A DNA stretch of 36,140 nucleotides from Burkholderiales bacterium (GTDB taxonomy: Bacteria; Pseudomonadota; Gammaproteobacteria; Burkholderiales; SG8-39), in NCBI GenBank assembly GCA_035699685.1, contig DASSPL010000438.1:1-36140 (forward strand), in the 5' to 3' direction. The position numbers and the translations under genes are program-made. The stretch's first letter is position 1. Each line of letters begins with the position of its first letter. The notes below the pieces were generated by a model. The model was given only the letters and a program-made list of their open reading frames with translations, was not told the origin of the DNA and did no database searches. Of the stretch, positions 10,415 through 17,621 are shown piece after piece.

Positions 10415-11713
10415 GTGGGACGGCTCTTCTGGAAGATCTTCCTCGCCTTCTGGATCGCGCTCATCGTCGCGGCCGCGGGCGCCGGCACCGTGGTGTGGCT
10501 GCGCCACGAGGCCGCCGACGCGCCGCTGCCCGACTACGCCGCCGGTCCCCGCGGCGGCATGCACATGGCGAGCGCGATGCTGCGTCATGACGGCGTGGAC
10601 GCCCTGCGCGGCTGGCTGCAGCACCGGCGCAACCCGAATCCCATCTACGTGGTCGACGACGCCGGCCGCGACGTGCTCGGCCGCACCGTGCCCGCTGCCG
10701 CGCTGGAGCGTGCGCGCGAGGCCGTCGAGCGCCGCGGCGACAGCTTCCGCGCGCGCACCGTGGTCGCGCCCGGCGGCGAACGCTACCTGCTGTTCGCGCC
10801 GTTCCCTCCGGGGGCGAGAGCGCCTCGCCCGCCGCTCGCGCCGTGGCAGCTCGTCGGCATCGGCCTCGTCACGAGCCTCGCCTTCAGCGCCGCGCTCGCC
10901 TGGTACCTCGCGCGCCCGATCCGCAGCCTGCGCTCGGCATTCGTCTCCGCCGCCGCCGGCCACCTCGAGGCGCGCGTCGGCCCGGCGATCGGCGGCCGGC
11001 GCGACGAGATCGCCGATCTCGGCCGCGATTTCGACCGCATGGCGGGACAGCTGCAGAGCCTGATCGTTGCGCAGCGACGCCTGCTGCACGACGTGTCGCA
11101 CGAGCTGCGCTCTCCCCTCGCCCGGTTGCAGGCGGCCGTCGGACTCGCCCGCCAGGACCCGGCGAGGACCGAGGCATCGCTCGAGCGCATCGAGCGCGAG
11201 GCCACCCGCCTAGACCGCATGGTGGGAGAGATCCTCACGCTTGCGCGCCTGGAAGCCGGGCATGCCGGCAGGCGGGAGAACGTGGACTTCGCCGACCTCG
11301 TGGCGAGCATCGCGGAGGATGCGCGCTTCGAGGCCGAGGCACGGGGACGCAGGATAGAGCTGCAGATCGCCGGCGACGTGCACCTTGCGGGCGACCCGGC
11401 CATGCTCCACCGCGCCGTCGAGAACGTGGTGCGCAATGCGCTTCGCTTCGGTACGGCGGTCGACATCTCGCTTCGCGCGCAAGACGGCAAGGCGCTGCTC
11501 GCCGTGACGGACAACGGGCCGGGCGTTCCGCCCGAAGCCATCGGCAGGATCTTCGAGCCCTTCTATCGCGGCCGGCCCGAGGACGGCGCGGGCTTCGGCC
11601 TGGGCCTCGCCATCGCGCAGCGCGCCGTCGAGGCGCATCGCGGAAATATCCGGGCGTCCAATGCCGGGACGCAAGGCCTGCGCGTGGAGATCGAACTGCC
11701 CCTCGCGGCGTGA
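10415..11713 (+). CDS. cpxA: Sensor histidine kinase, CpxA-like
   Basis: GTG 10415 lies 5 nt after AAGGAG (10404-10409) and 2 nt after the cpxR stop. It has two TM segments around a periplasmic loop, a HAMP domain, an H-box LLHDVSHELRSPLARL, an N-box VENVVRNALRF, G1 DNGPGVP and G2 GFGLGLAI. The ORF-track start at 10148 overlaps cpxR and was rejected. Confidence 0.88.
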   Translation: MGRLFWKIFLAFWIALIVAAAGAGTVVWLRHEAADAPLPDYAAGPRGGMHMASAMLRHDGVDALRGWLQHRRNPNPIYVVDDAGRDVLGRTVPAAALERAREAVERRGDSFRARTVVAPGGERYLLFAPFPPGARAPRPPLAPWQLVGIGLVTSLAFSAALAWYLARPIRSLRSAFVSAAAGHLEARVGPAIGGRRDEIADLGRDFDRMAGQLQSLIVAQRRLLHDVSHELRSPLARLQAAVGLARQDPARTEASLERIEREATRLDRMVGEILTLARLEAGHAGRRENVDFADLVASIAEDARFEAEARGRRIELQIAGDVHLAGDPAMLHRAVENVVRNALRFGTAVDISLRAQDGKALLAVTDNGPGVPPEAIGRIFEPFYRGRPEDGAGFGLGLAIAQRAVEAHRGNIRASNAGTQGLRVEIELPLAA

Positions 11714-11786
11714 AATTTCCAATACGCGCCCCGGGCGCATTCGGCTAATCTCCCGCCCCGCTACAACAAAAAACGGGGGATCACCG

Positions 11787-12341
11787 ATGAAGTTCCTGCG
11801 CAGCCTGGCTGTGCTTGCCGCGCTCATGCTCGCCGCGTGCGGCGGCACCGCGCCGGTATCGAGCGACGACGAGACGCTGTCGCTCGTCTTCGGCTATTTC
11901 GACATGAAGGACGCGCCGACCAAGGTGCAGTGGGTCGGCCTCAAGCAGTACGGCGGGAAGGATGCGGGCACCTACAGCCTCGCGGTGAACGACGGCCTCT
12001 TCTTCCACGTCGGCATCGAGCCCGGCTCCTACCAGGTCGACAAGTTCGGCGGCAGCGGCTTCCTGCGCGGCGACTACGTCTACAACTTCGGCGGCAAGGG
12101 CCGCAACACCACCGCCATCCGCATCCAGAAGGCGGGCGTCTATTTCCTCGGCGCGCATCGCTACGTGAAGCATCCCGGCGAAGGGTTCTTCTCACCCGAC
12201 AAGTTCGACATGCAGCCGATGAAGGCGCCGACCGAGAAGGAGCTGCTCCAGCGCGTCATCAAGCAGATGGAATCCGACCGCGATCTCGCGCCCTACAAGC
12301 GACAGCTCAGGCTGGCGCGCGAGCGCCTGGCGCAGCTTTGA
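11787..12341 (+). CDS. Lipoprotein, unknown function
   Basis: ATG 11787 follows GGGGGA. Signal peptide plus lipobox is MKFLRSLAVLAALMLAAC/GG. 184 aa, no family recognised. Confidence 0.7.
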   Translation: MKFLRSLAVLAALMLAACGGTAPVSSDDETLSLVFGYFDMKDAPTKVQWVGLKQYGGKDAGTYSLAVNDGLFFHVGIEPGSYQVDKFGGSGFLRGDYVYNFGGKGRNTTAIRIQKAGVYFLGAHRYVKHPGEGFFSPDKFDMQPMKAPTEKELLQRVIKQMESDRDLAPYKRQLRLARERLAQL

Positions 12342-12943
12342 GGCGCCTCCTCGCCGCGGCGGCGATCCTCGCCGCCGGCTGCGTCTCGGTGAGCGAGGAC
12401 GCGGCGAGCCCGGGCGACGTCGGCGCCGACGCAGTCGTGCTGGTCGGCAAGATCGAGATTCGCCCCCCGGTCAGGGCCGAGGAGCAGAAATACCAGGCGG
12501 GCTGGGACGTGTTCAACACCAAGCGCCATTTCATCGGCCGCGCCATCCTGTTCACCGCCGACACGCCGCAGTACCGGGAGCGCACCGGAAACGCCCTCAA
12601 TCCGCCGCTCGAGGAAACCTTCTTCCTCAAGCTGCCGCGGTCCCACCGCTACATCGTCAAGGGCTACGTCTCCATGGAGCTCGTGTCGCGCGGCGCCTCG
12701 GCGCGCTCGGGCTTCAACCAGACCGAGCTCAGCTTCCCGGTGCCGATCGAGGTCGACGTGCGCCCGGGCGACAAGGCGATCTACATCGGCACGCTGCGGC
12801 TGCACCGCGACGAGTTCCACGAGGTGACGAAGGCCGAGCTGCGCGACGACTACGCCGAGGCGATGGCCGAATTCCGCAAGCGGTTCGCCGGCGAGCCGCT
12901 GCCGCGCAGGGCGCCGCTGCGGCGCGTCGTCGCCAAGCAATAA
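12338..12943 (+). CDS. Putative lipoprotein, unknown function (TTG start overlapping the upstream stop)
   Basis: TTG 12338 overlaps the TGA of the preceding gene (TTGA). The N terminus is (M)RRLLAAAAILAAGC/VS, lipobox-like. GC3 is high throughout. 201 aa. Confidence 0.6.
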   Translation: MRRLLAAAAILAAGCVSVSEDAASPGDVGADAVVLVGKIEIRPPVRAEEQKYQAGWDVFNTKRHFIGRAILFTADTPQYRERTGNALNPPLEETFFLKLPRSHRYIVKGYVSMELVSRGASARSGFNQTELSFPVPIEVDVRPGDKAIYIGTLRLHRDEFHEVTKAELRDDYAEAMAEFRKRFAGEPLPRRAPLRRVVAKQ

Positions 12944-12957
12944 GTCACGACCCCGGC

Positions 12958-13287
12958 ATGCGCCGCTCGGACTGTTTCGTGCTGCGGCGCACGGAAATTA
13001 ACGGCGAGCCTCGCGCCCGGGGTCTAGCCTGCGCGACGATGCCCTATTCGCTGTACTACGCGTCCTCGCCGGCGCCGCTCGACCTAACGCCGCACGATGC
13101 GCACACCCGCCTCGTTCCCGTGCACTTCACCACCGTGCACGACGCGCTCCACGCGGCCGCGCTCGTGATCCGCGGCGGCCAGTACGCCTGGCTGATCGAA
13201 GGGCCGGGGGTGTCCTACCGGGCGTCCGAGATCGAGGAGCGCTGCAGCTCGATCCTCCAGCTCATGGGGCGTCCGCCCAGCGCCTGA
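12958..13287 (+). CDS. Hypothetical protein (start uncertain; ATG 13039 is an alternative)
   Basis: The frame is GC3-biased, but there is no clear SD at either start and no recognisable motif. The 3' end overlaps the convergent SnoaL-like gene by 26 nt. Confidence 0.35.
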   Translation: MRRSDCFVLRRTEINGEPRARGLACATMPYSLYYASSPAPLDLTPHDAHTRLVPVHFTTVHDALHAAALVIRGGQYAWLIEGPGVSYRASEIEERCSSILQLMGRPPSA

Positions 13288-13705
13288 GCGCCTTCAGCAG
13301 CCGCTCGTCGCTGAAGCCCAGTTTCGCCAGCACCGGCGCGCGCTCGAACACCTCGCTGTAGCGCACGATGAGGTCTTCGTCGAGGTGGCAGCAGCTGATG
13401 CCCGAGAAGCCGGCCTGGCGCCCTTCGCTGCCCGGGATCTTGGATACGTAGGCAAATTCGTACGACGCATAGCCGAGACGGCCGTCACAGATCGCGTCGC
13501 GAAAAGTCCAGCGCAAATCGCGCGCGTCGCGGTGGAAATAGTCTCGCACCATGCGCGCGATTTCGGGCCGGCCGCGGAACTCGCCGTAGAAGCCATCGTG
13601 GTAGCTGCCCCCGGGCGTAAAGCATGCCGCGGCGCCTTCGCCGTCGCCCCGGCAGATCGCGCCCGCCATGCCCCCGAGCAGCGCGGCGAAGCCCTCGCTG
13701 GTCAT
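13262..13705 (-). CDS. NTF2/SnoaL-like fold protein
   Basis: 147 aa. The size and pattern (FTPGGSYHDGFYGEFRGRPEIARMVRDYF...) resemble SnoaL-like polyketide cyclase/NTF2 family proteins. The start overlaps the upstream stop (ATGA type). Confidence 0.55.
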   Translation of the reverse strand: MTSEGFAALLGGMAGAICRGDGEGAAACFTPGGSYHDGFYGEFRGRPEIARMVRDYFHRDARDLRWTFRDAICDGRLGYASYEFAYVSKIPGSEGRQAGFSGISCCHLDEDLIVRYSEVFERAPVLAKLGFSDERLLKALRRWADAP

Positions 13706-14490
13706 CGCGCCAGTCCCGCGGGCACGCCTTGCGGGAAGAGCTTGGCGATCGATTCCTTGATGCGGGCCGAGCGGTTCTCGGGCGCCGGGTGGGTGGAGAA
13801 GAACTCCGGCTGGCGCGAGCCGCTGGAAGCCTGCGCGAGCGTTTCCATGACCCCGATCATCGCCCGGGGATCGTAGCCGGCCTCGGCCATGATGCGCAGG
13901 CCGAGCGCGTCGGATTCCAGCTCGTCCTCGCGGCCGTATTTCATCGTGATCATGTTGCCGACCACCTGGCCGATCTGCGCGGTGCTGAAGTCGCCGCTGC
14001 CGACGACCAGCGCGCCGAGCAGGCCCTGCAGCAGGTTCTGCTTGGCCAGCCGCTCGGACGAATGCCGCGCCACGACGTGGCCGATCTCATGGCCGAGCAC
14101 CGCGGCCAGCTCACCCTCGCTCTTCAGGCGCCGCAGCAGCCCCTCGGTGATGAAGATCGGGCCGCCGGGCAGCGCGAAGGCATTGACCGTGCGCGGATCG
14201 GCGAGGACGTGGAAGCTGAACTTGTAGGGGCTCTTCGACGCGGCGGTCTGCTGCACGAGCTTCGCGCCGATCCGCTCCACCAGGGCCCGCGCCTCCGGGT
14301 TCTTCGACAGCCCGCCCATCTGCGCGGCCATCTCGGGCGCCGACTTGTAGCCGAGCGCGATCTCCTGCTGGGGGTTGAGGGCGACGCGCTGCTTCTCGCC
14401 GGTGAACGGGTTCTCGCTCGTGCTGGAGAAATAGGTGAACAGCGAGACGACCACCAGCACGAGGGCAATGAGGAGCCGCCCTCCGCGCAT
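13702..14490 (-). CDS. M48-family zinc metallopeptidase (membrane anchored/periplasmic)
   Basis: 262 aa. It has an N-terminal hydrophobic anchor LLIALVLVVVSLFTYF and the HExxH zinc site in AVLGHEIGHVVARH. Size and layout resemble the YcaL/LoiP group. Confidence 0.85.
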   Translation of the reverse strand: MRGGRLLIALVLVVVSLFTYFSSTSENPFTGEKQRVALNPQQEIALGYKSAPEMAAQMGGLSKNPEARALVERIGAKLVQQTAASKSPYKFSFHVLADPRTVNAFALPGGPIFITEGLLRRLKSEGELAAVLGHEIGHVVARHSSERLAKQNLLQGLLGALVVGSGDFSTAQIGQVVGNMITMKYGREDELESDALGLRIMAEAGYDPRAMIGVMETLAQASSGSRQPEFFSTHPAPENRSARIKESIAKLFPQGVPAGLAR

Positions 14491-14492
14491 CG

Positions 14493-15386
14493 CTATTCCT
14501 TGAGCGCCTGGCGCAGCTCGTCCTGGCCGACGCGCACATTCACGCCGGCGCGCTCGTCCTGCAGCGTCATGGCGACGCGGAAATCGCGGTCGATCCAGCC
14601 GCGATCGATCCCCTTCTGCAGCTCGTTCAGCGCGATCTCGCTGAACTGCATGGGCACGCCGACCTCCTTCGCCAGCTCGAGCGCGAGGACCGCATCCTTG
14701 TGCGCGAGGCGCAGCGCGAACGACGCGGGATCGAAGTTCCCCGGCAGGTAATACTCGGCCAGTCGGTCGAAGGTGCGCTTGCGTCCGGAGGAGCCCTGGC
14801 GGATGGCGCGGAAGAGATCCAGGGGAGCCACCCCGGCCTTAACGCCAAGGCTGAAGATCTCCGCCATCACGGCATGGATGGTGAAGCTCGCGATGTTGTG
14901 CGAGAGCTTCGCCACGGTCGCCGCGCCGATCGGGCCGACGTAGAACGGCTGGTCGCCGATGGCGCGGATCACGGCCAGGTGCTTGTCGTACATCGCGCGC
15001 TCGCCGCCGACCCAGATCGCCAGCTTGCCGCTCTCGGCGCCCGTCGTGCCGCCGCTCACCGGCGCGTCGAGGAAATGGATGCCCTTCGCCTGCATCTCCT
15101 TGTGCAGGCGCCGCACCCGCGCCGGAGAGTTGGTCGACAGGTCGAACCAGGCCGCGCCTTTCGGCAGGATGTCCTTCAGTTGCGCGCCGACCTTGTCGAC
15201 ATCATCCGGGCCGGGCACCGAGGTGAAAACCAGATCGCATCCCTTCGCCGCTTCGGCCGCGCTCGGGAAGAGCGGGAAACCCTCGACCGGCCGCAGGTCG
15301 TACGCGCGCACCTCGTGGCCCGCCTTGCGCACATTCGCCGCCATGTGCCGGCCCATGGCGCCGAGGCCGATGAACGCGAGCTTCAT
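14493..15386 (-). CDS. NAD(P)-dependent oxidoreductase, 3-hydroxyisobutyrate/6-phosphogluconate dehydrogenase-like
   Basis: 297 aa. The N-terminal Rossmann motif is MKLAFIGLGAMGRHMAANV, and DAPVSGG is typical of the HIBADH family. Confidence 0.87.
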   Translation of the reverse strand: MKLAFIGLGAMGRHMAANVRKAGHEVRAYDLRPVEGFPLFPSAAEAAKGCDLVFTSVPGPDDVDKVGAQLKDILPKGAAWFDLSTNSPARVRRLHKEMQAKGIHFLDAPVSGGTTGAESGKLAIWVGGERAMYDKHLAVIRAIGDQPFYVGPIGAATVAKLSHNIASFTIHAVMAEIFSLGVKAGVAPLDLFRAIRQGSSGRKRTFDRLAEYYLPGNFDPASFALRLAHKDAVLALELAKEVGVPMQFSEIALNELQKGIDRGWIDRDFRVAMTLQDERAGVNVRVGQDELRQALKE

Positions 15387-15718
15387 GCGCCTGCGCGCTC
15401 GGCGAAGACTTCCTTGGCGACCACGGCGGCGCTGCCGGCGCTCGGCCAGCCGCAGTAGAAAGCGAGGTGCGTGATGAGCTCGATCAGCTCTTCCTGCTTG
15501 ACGCCGTTGTCGAGCGCGCGCCAGAGGTGGCCGCGCAATTGATCCGGGGAACTGAGCGCCACGAGCGCGGCAACCGTGATCAGGCTGCGGTCGCGCTTGG
15601 CGAGCCCGGGACGCTCCCAGACATCGCCGAACACCACCTTGTCGGTCAGCTCACCGAGCTTCGGAAAGACGTCCCTGACCTTGCCGATCGTGGACGGCGG
15701 CGACGAGCGTGATGCCAT
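15383..15718 (-). CDS. Carboxymuconolactone decarboxylase (CMD/AhpD-like) family protein
   Basis: 111 aa. The block VWERPGLAKRDRSLITVAALVALS...QLRGHLWRALDNGVKQEELIELITHLAFYCGWP is characteristic of the CMD family. The stop overlaps the downstream start (ATGA). Confidence 0.83.
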   Translation of the reverse strand: MASRSSPPSTIGKVRDVFPKLGELTDKVVFGDVWERPGLAKRDRSLITVAALVALSSPDQLRGHLWRALDNGVKQEELIELITHLAFYCGWPSAGSAAVVAKEVFAERAGA

Positions 15719-15774
15719 TACAGTCTCCCGGGCGGTATGAGGGTGAAATGAGGCCCGGGGACTGTATCACCGCG

Positions 15775-16281
15775 TCAGCAGTGCTTGTTGTGGCCTTTCG
15801 CCCAGCCCTTGCCCTTGTTGTGCTTCTTGCCGCAGTCGTGCGCGACGGCTTGCACCGAACCGCCTTGCGCGGGCTGCGCCGCGACCGTCTGCACGGGCTT
15901 GCCCTGTTGCTTGTTGCCGCCGGCGAGCTCGCGGCCGATCACCGCGCCGGCCGCACCGCCGACGCCGGCGCCGACGATGCCGCCCTTGTCGCCGCCGACC
16001 TGCTGGCCGATTGCCGCACCGGCTGCGCCGCCTGCCGCGCCGCCGACGATCGCGCCGCCCTGGCCCGGGCCGCGCGTGCCGACCGCGGCACCGGCCGCGC
16101 CGCCGACTGCGCCGCCCACCACGCCACCGGTCTTGCCGCCTGCCTTCTGGCCTACTGCGGCTCCCGCCGCGCCGCCGACGCCGCCGCCGATCGCCGTGCC
16201 GACGTTGCTGTCGGCCCACGCCAGCGCCGTGGAAGCGGAGAGAATGACGCCAAGAACAATTCGCTTTGTTTCACTTTTCAT
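15775..16281 (-). CDS. Secreted glycine-zipper repeat protein with Cys-bracketed His/Lys tail
   Basis: I moved the start to ATG at 16281, which has GGAGG 7 nt upstream, giving 168 aa. The signal peptide is MKSETKRIVLGVILSASTALAWA. There are four Gly/Ala-rich repeats of the GGxxGGAAGAAxG type. The C terminus is HDCGKKHNKGKGWAKGHNKHC. Confidence 0.75.
   Translation of the reverse strand: MKSETKRIVLGVILSASTALAWADSNVGTAIGGGVGGAAGAAVGQKAGGKTGGVVGGAVGGAAGAAVGTRGPGQGGAIVGGAAGGAAGAAIGQQVGGDKGGIVGAGVGGAAGAVIGRELAGGNKQQGKPVQTVAAQPAQGGSVQAVAHDCGKKHNKGKGWAKGHNKHC
15907..16194 (-). repeat. Four tandem ~23-25-codon glycine-zipper units (coding repeat)
   Basis: The units are AIGGGVGGAAGAAVGQKAGGKTGG, VVGGAVGGAAGAAVGTRGPGQGG, AIVGGAAGGAAGAAIGQQVGGDKGG and IVGAGVGGAAGAVIGRELAGG. 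Confidence 0.8.
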
Positions 16282-16329
16282 GGAATGCCTCCCGAGCCCG
16301 GATAGTACTCTGGCGAACCTCGACCGGCC

Positions 16330-17571
16330 GTGAACAACATCACGCAAGCTGCGGAACCGCAAGCGGAATCCACATACGCCTGGCTGCGCCTCTGCGCCGC
16401 GCTCGGGCTGATGACGATCGGGGGCGCCGGCATGTATGTCATGGCCGTGGCGCTCGCCCCGGTCCAGGCCGAATTCGGGGCGACGCGTGGCGGGGCCTCG
16501 TTCGCCTACACCCTGACCATGCTCGGCTTCGGCGTAGGCGGCATCGTCATGGGGAAGCTCGCCGACCGCTTCGGCGTCATCGTCCCCATCGCGATAGGCG
16601 CAGTCGGCCTCGGTGGCGGCTTCGTGCTCGCCGGCACCGCGACCAGCCTCACCCAGTTCACGCTGGCCCACGGCCTGCTCATCGGCTTCCTCGGCTGCTC
16701 GGCGACCTTCGCGCCGCTGGTGGCCGATACCGCGCTCTGGTTCACGCGCCGGCGCGGCATCGCGGTGGCGATCTGCGCGAGCGGCAACTACCTCGCCGGC
16801 GCGGTCTGGCCGCCGCTGCTGCAGTATTTTTTCGAGACCAGCGGCTGGCGCGCAACCTACATCGGCACCGGCATCTTCTGCATGGCGAGCATCCTCGCGC
16901 TGTCTTTCGCGCTGCGCCGCCGGCCGCCGGCGGTGCAGGCGGCCGCCGCCGCGAACGACGCGCGCATAGCGGCCTCGCAGCCGCTCGGCCTGCCGCCGAA
17001 CGCGCTGATGGCGATCCTCATCGTCGCCGGCGTCGCCTGCTGTGTCGCGATGTCGATGCCGCAGGTGCACATCGTGGCGTACTGCGGCGACCTCGGCTAC
17101 GGCGCGGCACGCGGCGCCGAGATGCTGGCGATCATGCTCGGCTTCGGCATCGTCAGCCGCCTGGTCTCCGGCTGGATCTGCGACCGCATCGGCGGCCTGC
17201 GGACCCTGCTCCTCGGCTCGTTCCTGCAGGGCGTCGCGCTCCTCCTCTTCCTGCCCTTCGACAGCCTGGTGTCGCTCTACGTCGTCTCGGCGCTCTTCGG
17301 CCTGTTCCAGGGCGGCATCGTGCCGGCGTACGCGATCATCGTGCGCGAATATTTTCCGGCCCGCGAGGCCGGGGTGCGGACCGGCATCGTCCTGATGGCC
17401 ACCCTCTTCGGCATGGCGCTGGGCGGATGGGTGTCCGGGGCGATCTTCGACCTCACCGGCTCCTACCGGGCCGCGTTCATCAACGGCATCGGCTGGAACC
17501 TGCTGAACCTCGCGCTCGCGTTCTGGCTCCTGCGCAGGTCGCGCGCCACGGCCCGACTGGCGCCGGCATGA
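16330..17571 (+). CDS. MFS transporter (oxalate/formate-antiporter-like layout)
   Basis: 413 aa with a GTG start. It is hydrophobic throughout with ~12 predicted spans and an MFS loop motif GKLADRFG after TM2. Confidence 0.85.
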   Translation: MNNITQAAEPQAESTYAWLRLCAALGLMTIGGAGMYVMAVALAPVQAEFGATRGGASFAYTLTMLGFGVGGIVMGKLADRFGVIVPIAIGAVGLGGGFVLAGTATSLTQFTLAHGLLIGFLGCSATFAPLVADTALWFTRRRGIAVAICASGNYLAGAVWPPLLQYFFETSGWRATYIGTGIFCMASILALSFALRRRPPAVQAAAAANDARIAASQPLGLPPNALMAILIVAGVACCVAMSMPQVHIVAYCGDLGYGAARGAEMLAIMLGFGIVSRLVSGWICDRIGGLRTLLLGSFLQGVALLLFLPFDSLVSLYVVSALFGLFQGGIVPAYAIIVREYFPAREAGVRTGIVLMATLFGMALGGWVSGAIFDLTGSYRAAFINGIGWNLLNLALAFWLLRRSRATARLAPA

Positions 17572-17621
17572 GCTACGGACAGTGAGATAAGCCGTCGGGA
17601 AAATCCCGGCAGCGGTAGTAT

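Noticed and set aside
12949-13024. 8-bp GC-rich inverted repeat (GACCCCGG ... CCGGGGTC) enclosing a smaller hairpin, downstream of the lipoprotein pair
   Set aside because: It is short and GC-rich, so it is expected by chance in this composition. It has no T-tract, and it overlaps a GC3-biased ORF. I would not call it an RNA element without covariation data.
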